Below are positions 9,818-15,073 of a DNA stretch of 20,353 nucleotides, piece after piece. The notes below the pieces were generated by a model. The model was not told where the DNA came from. It worked only from the letters and a program-made list of their open reading frames with translations, and did no database searches. This DNA comes from Steroidobacteraceae bacterium. GTDB lineage: Bacteria; Pseudomonadota; Gammaproteobacteria; Steroidobacterales; Steroidobacteraceae. The translations under genes were made by a program, and so were the position numbers. Each line of letters opens with the position of its first letter. Positions within the stretch are counted from its first letter, which is position 1. The stretch covers positions 1 to 20,353 of the forward strand of contig DATELY010000001.1 in NCBI GenBank assembly GCA_035276085.1, written 5' to 3'.

Positions 9818-10430
9818 GGAATCACTCTTCCAATGGGATCTTTTCCTTCGGCTAGATGACGGCTCACCGGACCATGACGCACAATGCGACGCTGCGAGCT
9901 TCATCAAATAGCTAACGGCACGCGCAGCTCGCGAGATGTACTCGCATCAACGCAGCACTGAGACACACGCCATGCTTTCGCACGAAGCAGTTGCACACGT
10001 AATAAAGCGTGCTAATCTCCGCGCGTATTCATTGACACGCGGCCGCGCGCCGCACAACTGAAGCGAAACTGAAATGCTCTCCATCCACGGAACAGCCATG
10101 CAAAGCACGCTACGCGAATTAAATCGCGCCGCGGTCGGCTGCCCGTCGATTACGGGTAGCTGGTCACGGCCTGTCGCGAAAAATCATCGCGACTTCGGGA
10201 CCGAACTCGATCGGTAACCGCCTTTAGGGCTCTTTGCCCCCGAAGGCGCAAGCCGGACGGGGCACCCACGGGAGCCTAGCCACCTGAGATCCCTCTCAGA
10301 GTCGGCGAAAACCACCCAAAACAGTGTTCCGTCCGCGAGGTAAAGCCCTCGATACGGATTCGTACGCGCTACGCGTATGGACCCCTGCGCCGCACGTTCG
10401 GCCAGGACGCTGTTTAACAATCAGAAATTG

Positions 10431-10595
10431 ATCAGGGCTCTCACCCTGATTTCGCATTGCGCACTGAATTCTTCAGCGGCGCGGCACGCGCGCGCGTCGA
10501 ACACGCGGTGATGTGTTTGTGAAGTGGAGGGTGAGAGCCCGGAGCTGGTGAGAAATTTTTTGAAGCACGTGAAAGCGTGAGGGTCTCACTCGCTC
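10431..10595. repeat. Repeated/inverted motif AGGGYTCTCAC upstream of the tRNA array: hairpin ATCAGGG-CTCTCA-CCCTGAT (10431-10450), inverted copy GGGTGAGAGCCC (10529-10540), third direct copy GGGTCTCAC (10582-10590); also a (CG)5 tract
   Basis: Read directly. The 12-mer GGGCTCTCACCC and its exact reverse complement lie about 83 nt apart. A one-mismatch direct copy lies about 15 nt before the first tRNA. Confidence 0.5.
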
Positions 10596-10603
10596 TGAAA
10601 TTT

Positions 10604-10679
10604 GCGGATGTAGCTCAATTGGCAGAGCGCGAGTCTTCCAAACTCGAGGTCATGGGTTCGATCCCCATCGTCCGCCCCA
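10604..10679 (+). tRNA. tRNA-Gly (anticodon TCC), CCA encoded
   Basis: Cloverleaf: acceptor GCGGATG/CGTCCGC, D-arm TAGCTCAATTGGCAGAGC, anticodon stem CGAGT/ACTCG with loop CTTCCAA, T-arm ATGGG-TTCGATC-CCCAT, discriminator C, CCA. Confidence 0.85.
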
Positions 10680-10737
10680 GATTTCGATGCACGTTGCGAC
10701 TCTCATGCGAGTTGAACGTGTGCATCTTAGTTGATTC

Positions 10738-10814
10738 GCGGATGTAGTTCAGTCAGGCAGAACACGACGTCGCCAACGTCGAGGCCATGGGTTCGAGTCC
10801 CATCGTCCGCACCA
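10738..10814 (+). tRNA. tRNA-Gly (anticodon GCC), CCA encoded
   Basis: Same acceptor as the preceding Gly. Anticodon stem CGACG/CGTCG with loop TCGCCAA. T-loop TTCGAGT. Paralog of the upstream Gly gene. Confidence 0.85.
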
Positions 10815-10823
10815 CTCAAGTTT

Positions 10824-10908
10824 GCCGACGTGGTTGAACTGGCAGACACGCCAGCCCGAGGAGCTGGTAGCGAAAGCTTTGCCGGTTCGAGTCCGGCCGT
10901 CGGCACCA
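10824..10908 (+). tRNA. tRNA-Leu (anticodon GAG), class II, CCA encoded
   Basis: Acceptor GCCGACG/CGTCGGC. Anticodon stem CCAGC/GCTGG with loop CCGAGGA (unusual C32 C33). Long variable arm. T-arm GCCGG-TTCGAGT-CCGGC. Aligns with E. coli Leu-GAG architecture. Confidence 0.7.
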
Positions 10909-10948
10909 ATGTGTGATTTCGTTCGTTAAACCACATAAGGAGAATGTC

Positions 10949-12166
10949 ATGAGCCTCGAGGAAATGACGAAGATCGACAACCTGAAGTCATGGATCTCGG
11001 GTGTCGACATCGATTGGGACACGGTGAAGCAGCTGCGCAACATCGCGGAGCTGCCGATCCTCGCAGGTCACGTGGCCGTGATGCCGGACGTGCATCTCGG
11101 CAAGGGCGCAACTGTGGGATCGGTGATTCCGACCAAGGGCGCGATCATTCCGGCTGCGGTCGGCGTGGACATCGGCTGCGGTATGGCGGCCGTGCGCACG
11201 GAGATCTCCGCGAATCAGTTGCCGGACTCGCTGCGTCGACTGCGCTTGCGCATCGAAGAGCGTGTGCCGGTCGGATTCAACTCGCACGATCGACCGCTCA
11301 ATCCTCTGCACGATGGCTTGCGCGGGGTTGCACTGTCGAATGCCGGCAAGAAGATGGCGGAGCGGTACAACACGCTCAAGATCATGGACGTCATCGGCAA
11401 GCACGACCACAAGCGCACGTACAACCAGCTGGGAACGCTGGGCGGCGGCAACCACTTCATCGAGCTGTGTGTCGATGAGTCGAACGGCGTGTGGGTAATG
11501 CTTCACTCCGGCTCGCGCAACATCGGCAAGACGATCGGGGAGACGGCGATCCACATGGCGCGCCAGATTGCGGAACGCGAGGAGCGCGGGCTGCGTGACC
11601 GCGACCTTGCGTGGCTTGACGAAGGTTCGGCCGAGTTCGACATGTACGTCGAAGGCCTGCGCTGGGCGCAAGACTATGCGGCTCACAACCGCGCTTTGAT
11701 GATGCACGAGGTGCTGGTCGCGCTTCGTGAGGAGTTCGGGCGCGAGATCGCGATGTTCGAGAACGCAGTCCAGTGTCACCACAACTATGCATCGGTCGAA
11801 GAGCACTTCGGCCAACAGGTGTGGGTAACCCGCAAGGGCGCGGTATCGGCGCGTCGCGACGAGCTCGGCATCATCCCTGGCTCAATGGGTGCCAAGTCGT
11901 TCATCGTGCGCGGTAAGGGCAATGCAGATTCGTATTGCTCCTGCTCGCATGGCGCCGGTCGTCGCCTCTCTCGCGGCGCTGCGAAGCGGACTTACACGCT
12001 CGCGGATCTGAAGAGGCAGACGGAAGGCGTCGAGTGCCGCAAGGACGAAGGCGTGCTCGATGAGATCCCGGGCGCCTACAAGGACATCGATATGGTCATG
12101 GCTGCGCAGGCCGACCTCGTCGACGTCGTACATACCTTGAAGCAAGTGATGTGCATCAAGGGTTGA
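10949..12166 (+). CDS. rtcB: RtcB-family 3'-phosphate/5'-hydroxyl RNA ligase
   Basis: RBS AAGGAGA 5 nt before ATG 10949. The ORF track's 10913 start lacks an RBS. Hallmark RtcB motifs: LGTLGGGNHFIEL, AVQCHHNYA (GMP-histidine region), CSCSHGAGRR, and the metal-binding-type HLGKGATVGS. Confidence 0.9.
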   Translation: MSLEEMTKIDNLKSWISGVDIDWDTVKQLRNIAELPILAGHVAVMPDVHLGKGATVGSVIPTKGAIIPAAVGVDIGCGMAAVRTEISANQLPDSLRRLRLRIEERVPVGFNSHDRPLNPLHDGLRGVALSNAGKKMAERYNTLKIMDVIGKHDHKRTYNQLGTLGGGNHFIELCVDESNGVWVMLHSGSRNIGKTIGETAIHMARQIAEREERGLRDRDLAWLDEGSAEFDMYVEGLRWAQDYAAHNRALMMHEVLVALREEFGREIAMFENAVQCHHNYASVEEHFGQQVWVTRKGAVSARRDELGIIPGSMGAKSFIVRGKGNADSYCSCSHGAGRRLSRGAAKRTYTLADLKRQTEGVECRKDEGVLDEIPGAYKDIDMVMAAQADLVDVVHTLKQVMCIKG

Positions 12167-12212
12167 TGTCTCTTCGAGGGTTGGGTGTACGGATGCACCC
12201 GACTCTCACTCT

Positions 12213-12365
12213 GCACCGGTAGCTCAATTGGTATGGTCGAGACCATTTCCGTTGGTCGGAGTTGCGGTTTCGCCGCTCCTGCGCGTCCATGCGCCCGCGG
12301 CATTCGCACATCCGTGTGCAGCACAAAACCGCCTGTTGGGGGTTCGAGTCCCTCCCGGTGTGCCA
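12213..12365 (+). tRNA. Aberrant 153-nt tRNA-like locus: 5' acceptor + D-arm start (GCACCGG TA GCTCAATTGGTA...) and 3' T-arm/acceptor/CCA (GGGGG-TTCGAGT-CCCTC CCGGTGT G CCA) separated by about 85 nt of extra hairpin-rich sequence; isotype undetermined
   Basis: Acceptor halves pair (GCACCGG/CCGGTGT with G1-U72). T-loop TTCGAGT and CCA are canonical. No standard anticodon arm was found by eye. A possible anticodon stem GCGGT...ACCGC flanks a roughly 55-nt insert. Confidence 0.4.
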
Positions 12366-12379
12366 CTTTTTCAAATGAT

Positions 12380-12464
12380 CCGTTCCTGGCGGAACTGGTA
12401 GACGCGCTGGGCTCAGAACTCAGTGTCTTCGGACATCCCGGTTCGACTCCGGGGGAACGGACCA
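12380..12464 (+). tRNA. tRNA-Leu (anticodon CAG), class II, CCA encoded
   Basis: Acceptor CCGTTCC/GGAACGG. D-arm TGGCGGAACTGGTAGACGCG as in E. coli Leu. Anticodon stem CTGGG/CTCAG with loop CTCAGAA. Variable arm GTGTC-TTCG-GACAT. T-arm CCCGG-TTCGACT-CCGGG. Confidence 0.8.
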
Positions 12465-12482
12465 CAACATCGTCTGATCTAC

Positions 12483-12694
12483 GCGGGCGTAGCGGAAAAG
12501 GTAAACGCGACCCTAAAACGTGAAGAGGGAAAGCCGAAGAGGCTACGCGGGTAATCAGCCGAGGCACGTGGTTGCGGATGCACCGAATGGCTACGCGAGT
12601 GGTCGCCAGGGAAGCGCGTTTCCAAGCCGACGCTGTCTTCGAGTAATGATCGGAGTTCCGCGATGTGCAGGTTCGAATCCTGTCGCCCGCACCA
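12483..12694 (+). tRNA. Aberrant 212-nt tRNA-like locus: 5' GCGGGCG TA GCGG... and 3' GCAGG-TTCGAAT-CCTGT CGCCCGC A CCA with perfectly complementary acceptor strands separated by about 135 nt; insert contains GGCTACGCG(G/A)G repeated three times
   Basis: Canonical T-arm, discriminator and CCA at the 3' end. A perfectly complementary 7-nt acceptor partner lies 200 nt upstream. Too short for a group I intron. Could be an interrupted or intron-containing tRNA, or a pseudogene plus fragment. Confidence 0.3.
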
Positions 12695-12710
12695 ATACTT
12701 CTTGAGCCGT

Positions 12711-12798
12711 GCGCTCCTGGTTGGAACTGGAAGACACGCCGCGCTTAAAACGCGGTGCTCATTCGAGCGTGCCGGTTCGAATCCGGCGGAGCGCACCA
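12711..12798 (+). tRNA. tRNA-Leu (anticodon TAA), class II, CCA encoded
   Basis: Acceptor GCGCTCC/GGAGCGC. Anticodon stem CCGCG/CGCGG with loop CTTAAAA. Variable arm GCTC-ATTC-GAGC. T-arm GCCGG-TTCGAAT-CCGGC. Confidence 0.85.
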
Positions 12799-12814
12799 CT
12801 GGTTCGATTCTTTC

Positions 12815-12900
12815 GCGTCCCTGGTTGGAATTGGAATACACGCTGCGCTCAAAACGCAGTGCCTTCGGGCATGCCGGTTCGAATCCGGCGGGACGCACCA
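12815..12900 (+). tRNA. tRNA-Leu (anticodon CAA), class II, CCA encoded
   Basis: Paralog of the preceding Leu-TAA (same D-arm and T-arm). Anticodon stem CTGCG/CGCAG with loop CTCAAAA. Variable arm TGCC-TTCG-GGCA. Confidence 0.85.
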
Positions 12901-12908
12901 GTTTCTGC

Positions 12909-12985
12909 GGATCGTTAGCTCAATTGGCCAGAGCATCCGGTTCTTACCCGGCAGGTTGAAGGTTCGATTCCTTCACGGTCCACCA
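12909..12985 (+). tRNA. tRNA-Lys (anticodon CTT), CCA encoded
   Basis: Acceptor GGATCGT/ACGGTCC. Anticodon stem TCCGG/CCGGC (27-43 mismatch) with loop TTCTTAC. T-loop TTCGATT. Confidence 0.75.
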
Positions 12986-13001
12986 ACATCACCTTGTGCA
13001 G

Positions 13002-13076
13002 GGGCGTGTAGCTCAAGGGTTAGAGCATCCGGCTTTTAACCGGACGGCGAGGGTTCGATCCCCTCCGCGCCCACCA
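13002..13076 (+). tRNA. tRNA-Lys (anticodon TTT), CCA encoded
   Basis: Acceptor GGGCGTG/CGCGCCC. Anticodon stem TCCGG/CCGGA with loop CTTTTAA. T-arm GAGGG-TTCGATC-CCCTC. Confidence 0.85.
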
Positions 13077-13078
13077 CT

Positions 13079-13152
13079 TGGGGCTTCGTCTAGCGGCAGG
13101 ACATCGCGCTTTGAACGCGAGAACTCAGGTTCGAACCCTGGAGCCCCAGCCA
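13079..13152 (+). tRNA. tRNA-Gln (anticodon TTG), CCA encoded
   Basis: U1-A72 acceptor TGGGGCT/AGCCCCA (a Gln hallmark). Anticodon stem TCGCG/CGCGA with loop CTTTGAA. T-loop TTCGAAC. Discriminator G. Confidence 0.85.
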
Positions 13153-13167
13153 CACGCGATTGCGAAT

Positions 13168-13243
13168 GCCACGTTAACTCAGCGGCCAGAGTGCTCGCCT
13201 GTCTAGCGAGAAGTCACGGGTTCGAATCCCGTACGTGGCGCCA
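13168..13243 (+). tRNA. tRNA-Asp (anticodon GTC), CCA encoded
   Basis: Acceptor GCCACGT/ACGTGGC. Anticodon stem CTCGC/GCGAG with loop CTGTCTA. T-arm ACGGG-TTCGAAT-CCCGT. Discriminator G. Confidence 0.85.
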
Positions 13244-13249
13244 GATCAC

Positions 13250-13325
13250 GCACCGATAGCTCAGCTGGTAGAGCGCCTGGTTGAAGCCCAGGAGGCCGCA
13301 GGGTCGAAACCTGCTCGGTGCACCA
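13250..13325 (+). tRNA. tRNA-Phe (anticodon GAA), CCA encoded, atypical T-loop GTCGAAA and G37
   Basis: Acceptor GCACCGA/TCGGTGC. Anticodon stem CCTGG/CCAGG with loop TTGAAGC. T-stem GCAGG/CCTGC with loop GTCGAAA (G at position 54). Confidence 0.7.
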
Positions 13326-13335
13326 CTTTCATCGT

Positions 13336-13411
13336 TGGCCAGTAGCTCAGTTGGCAGAGCACTCCGCTGTTACCGGAGCCGTCACAGGTTCGAGTCCTGT
13401 CTGGCCAGCCA
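13336..13411 (+). tRNA. tRNA-Asn (anticodon GTT), CCA encoded
   Basis: Acceptor TGGCCAG/CTGGCCA (U1-A72). Anticodon stem CTCCG/CGGAG with loop CTGTTAC. T-arm ACAGG-TTCGAGT-CCTGT. Confidence 0.8.
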
Positions 13412-13445
13412 CATCTTTTGAATAGCGAACCAAGAGGAGAACGCG

Positions 13446-13688
13446 ATGACTTCGATCAAAGAGATGGTGGCGAACGGCCGCAAAGTTCGATTCACGCACT
13501 ACAAGTCCGGTGAGCTCTGGTACGAGACGGAGTGCGGATTCGCATTCCCTGTACCGACCGCGGATGCAGGCGACGGATGTTTCCTAGCTGAAGACAAGGC
13601 GCTGCTGTTCATGCGCTACATCAGGAAGCACAAAGAGGTGCTCGATCACGCGCGTGCTGACGCTGAGTCCGCCGACCAACAGCCATAG
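13446..13688 (+). CDS. Hypothetical small protein (80 aa) embedded in the tRNA array
   Basis: Strong RBS AAGAGGAGA 6 nt before ATG 13446. ORF sits in an otherwise tRNA-only interval. No recognisable motif. Followed by a hairpin-rich repeat. Confidence 0.5.
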   Translation: MTSIKEMVANGRKVRFTHYKSGELWYETECGFAFPVPTADAGDGCFLAEDKALLFMRYIRKHKEVLDHARADAESADQQP

Positions 13689-13695
13689 GTGAAGT

Positions 13696-13917
13696 CCCTT
13701 TACGCGAGGTCCCGAAGGCCCGGCCTCGCGAGAGCTCGGAACTCACTCTTGGGACACACGGGACGCGCGCGAACACGCGCGTTCGGGCCGCACTGATTCG
13801 ACGCTTTGACCAGGCCCTTTGCGCGAGAGTCCACCGCCCCAACCTCGCGAGGAGCATAGATACGCCTCCTTGGGACGAACGGGAACGCCGCAGATTCTGC
13901 GGTCAGTACTCGGGGCC
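13696..13917 (+). repeat. Tandem direct repeat, two copies of a roughly 100-nt element (copy A 13696-13789, copy B 13815-13917, period about 119 nt) with conserved blocks CCCTTTRCGCGAG / CCTCGCGAGRAGC / CTTGGGACRMACGGGA / CGGGCC and hairpins at matching positions built from different sequence
   Basis: Read directly. First hairpin CGCGAGG...CCTCGCG in both copies. Second hairpin ACGCGCG-CGAACA-CGCGCGT in A versus CCGCAG-ATT-CTGCGG in B. Same position, different sequence, which suggests a conserved RNA or DNA structure. Confidence 0.5.
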
Positions 13918-13928
13918 CCAACACACTC

Positions 13929-14003
13929 GCACGTATAGCTCAGCGGGAGAGCGCCGCTCTTACAAAGCGGAAGTCCTTGGTTCAATCCCAAGTGCGTGCG
14001 CCA
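13929..14003 (+). tRNA. tRNA-Val (anticodon TAC), CCA encoded
   Basis: Acceptor GCACGTA/TGCGTGC. Anticodon stem CCGCT/AGCGG with loop CTTACAA. T-arm CTTGG-TTCAATC-CCAAG. Confidence 0.85.
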
Positions 14004-14009
14004 CTTCAT

Positions 14010-14087
14010 GCGACGTTAGCTCAGATGGAACAGAGCGCCGGTTTGCGATGCCGGAGGCCGAAGGTTCAAGTCCTTCACGTCGCACCA
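14010..14087 (+). tRNA. tRNA-Arg (anticodon GCG), CCA encoded
   Basis: Acceptor GCGACGT/ACGTCGC. Anticodon stem CCGGT/GCCGG with loop TTGCGAT. T-arm GAAGG-TTCAAGT-CCTTC. Confidence 0.75.
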
Positions 14088-14094
14088 CATGTTC

Positions 14095-14171
14095 GCTCTC
14101 ATCGTCTAGTTGGACCAGGACACCTCCCTCTCACGGAGAAGACTGGAGTTCGAATCTCCATGAGAGCGCCA
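14095..14171 (+). tRNA. tRNA-Glu (anticodon CTC), CCA encoded
   Basis: Acceptor GCTCTCA/TGAGAGC. Glu-type D-arm TCGTCTAGTTGGACCAGGACA. Anticodon stem CCTCC/GGAGA (27-43 mismatch) with loop CTCTCAC. T-arm TGGAG-TTCGAAT-CTCCA. Confidence 0.8.
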
Positions 14172-14176
14172 CTGTT

Positions 14177-14255
14177 CGTTCCCGTCGTCTAGCCCGGCTC
14201 AGGACGCCGCCCTTTCAAGGCGAGAACACGAGTTCGAATCTCGTCGGGAACACCA
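14177..14255 (+). tRNA. tRNA-Glu (anticodon TTC), CCA encoded
   Basis: Acceptor GTTCCCG/CGGGAAC. Anticodon stem CCGCC/GGCGA with loop CTTTCAA. T-arm ACGAG-TTCGAAT-CTCGT. Confidence 0.8.
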
Positions 14256-14287
14256 ACCACGCGCGCATCTGGCGCGTACGAATTGAT

Positions 14288-14362
14288 TGGGAAGTCGTCT
14301 AACCGGCAGGACAGCGGACTCTGACTCCGCGAATGTGGGTTCGAGCCCTACCTTCCCAACCA
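14288..14362 (+). tRNA. tRNA-Gln (anticodon CTG), CCA encoded
   Basis: U1-A72 acceptor TGGGAAG/CTTCCCA. Anticodon stem GCGGA/TCCGC with loop CTCTGAC. T-arm GTGGG-TTCGAGC-CCTAC. Confidence 0.8.
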
Positions 14363-14378
14363 ACGCAAAGCTCACGAT

Positions 14379-14456
14379 GGTGGCGTTAGCTCAGTCGGTC
14401 AGAGTCCCGAGCTGTGAACTCGGAGGTCGTGGGTTCGAACCCCACACGTCGCCCCA
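14379..14456 (+). tRNA. tRNA-His (anticodon GTG) with encoded G-1 and C73, CCA encoded
   Basis: Extra 5' G before acceptor GTGGCGT pairs with discriminator C, the bacterial His hallmark. Anticodon stem CCGAG/CTCGG with loop CTGTGAA. T-arm GTGGG-TTCGAAC-CCCAC. Closely resembles E. coli tRNA-His. Confidence 0.85.
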
Positions 14457-14464
14457 ACTTCAAC

Positions 14465-14540
14465 GCCGAGATAGCTCAGCAGGCAGAGCAGCTGCTTCGT
14501 AAGCAGCATGTGGTCGGTTCGACTCCGACTCTCGGCTCCA
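14465..14540 (+). tRNA. tRNA-Thr (anticodon CGT), CCA encoded
   Basis: Acceptor GCCGAGA/TCTCGGC. Anticodon stem GCTGC/GCAGC with loop TTCGTAA. T-arm GTCGG-TTCGACT-CCGAC. Discriminator T. Confidence 0.85.
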
Positions 14541-14551
14541 TACTCTTGATC

Positions 14552-14639
14552 GCACTCGTGGCCGAGCGGCTGAAGGCGCCGGACTGCAATTCCGGTGAGC
14601 ACATGCTCCACGTCAGTTCGAATCTGACCGAGTGCTCCA
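14552..14639 (+). tRNA. Class II (long variable arm) tRNA with Cys anticodon GCA and U73 discriminator; Ser-like D-arm (TGGCCGAGCGGCTGAAGGC)
   Basis: Perfect acceptor GCACTCG/CGAGTGC. 3-bp D-stem GCC/GGC with a Ser-type D-loop. Anticodon stem CCGGA/TCCGG with loop CTGCAAT. 16-nt variable arm TGAGCACATGCTCCAC (GAGCA/TGCTC stem). T-arm GTCAG-TTCGAAT-CTGAC. T73, CCA. Confidence 0.65.
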
Positions 14640-14650
14640 CTCTCTTCTTC

Positions 14651-14729
14651 AGGGACTTAGCGCAGCCTGGTCAGCGCACCTGCCTTGGGCGGAGGGGGGT
14701 CGCGAGTTCGAATCTCGCAGTCCCTACCA
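14651..14729 (+). tRNA. tRNA-Pro (anticodon TGG), CCA encoded
   Basis: Acceptor AGGGACT/AGTCCCT. D-arm TAGCGCAGCCTGGTCAGCGC like E. coli Pro. Anticodon loop CTTGGGC (G37), stem with one mismatch, irregular variable region. T-arm GCGAG-TTCGAAT-CTCGC. Confidence 0.65.
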
Positions 14730-14737
14730 TTTTCATT

Positions 14738-14814
14738 CTCGATGTAGCTCAGCTTGGCAGAGCGCTTCGTTCGGGACGAAGAGGCCGCGCGTTCGAGTCG
14801 CGCCATCGAGACCA
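14738..14814 (+). tRNA. tRNA-Pro (anticodon CGG), CCA encoded
   Basis: Acceptor CTCGATG/CATCGAG. Anticodon stem CTTCG/CGAAG with loop TTCGGGA. T-arm GCGCG-TTCGAGT-CGCGC. Very similar to E. coli proK. Confidence 0.85.
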
Positions 14815-14827
14815 CTTTTTCTTCTAT

Positions 14828-14904
14828 GGCCGCTTAGCTCAATTGGCGAGAGCGCTCGACCGATAATCGAGAGGTTGCTGGTTCGAGTCCAGCAGCGGCT
14901 ACCA
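14828..14904 (+). tRNA. tRNA-Ile (anticodon GAT) with unusual C33, CCA encoded
   Basis: Acceptor GGCCGCT/AGCGGCT (G1-U72). Anticodon stem CTCGA/TCGAG with loop CCGATAA. T-arm GCTGG-TTCGAGT-CCAGC. Confidence 0.7.
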
Positions 14905-14914
14905 ACGTTCCACT

Positions 14915-14991
14915 GGGCCTGTAGCTCCAACTGGCAGAGCGCCTGCCTTGCAAGCAGGACGGTGCGAGTTCGAATCTCGCCAGGTCCACCA
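14915..14991 (+). tRNA. tRNA-Ala (anticodon TGC) with G3-U70, CCA encoded
   Basis: Acceptor GGGCCTG/CAGGTCC carries the G3·U70 alanine identity pair. Anticodon stem CCTGC/GCAGG with loop CTTGCAA. T-arm GCGAG-TTCGAAT-CTCGC. Confidence 0.85.
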
Positions 14992-14996
14992 TCTTC

Positions 14997-15073
14997 CGTG
15001 CAGTGGCGAAGCGGCCTAACGCACCGGTCTCATAAGCCGGTCATCGATGGTTCGAATCCATCCTGCACGACCA
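14997..15073 (+). tRNA. tRNA with CAT anticodon (elongator Met or lysidine-Ile; not initiator-like), CCA encoded
   Basis: Acceptor CGTGCAG/CTGCACG with C1-G72 paired. 3-bp D-stem. Anticodon loop CTCATAA. No GGG/CCC run in the anticodon stem. T-arm GATGG-TTCGAAT-CCATC. Confidence 0.75.

Noticed and set aside
10184-10420. 78-aa minus-strand ORF in the intergenic spacer
   Set aside because: No RBS. It overlaps a palindrome-rich non-coding region, and the peptide is compositionally odd.
10560-10588. Candidate sigma-70 promoter (TTGAAG -35) ahead of the first tRNA
   Set aside because: No acceptable -10 hexamer at 17±1 spacing (GTCTCA). Not reported as a feature.
10988-11815. 275-aa minus-strand ORF and 162-aa plus-strand alternative-frame ORF inside rtcB
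   Set aside because: They overlap the RtcB coding frame, which has unambiguous catalytic motifs. The translations are Arg/His/Ala-rich and low in complexity.
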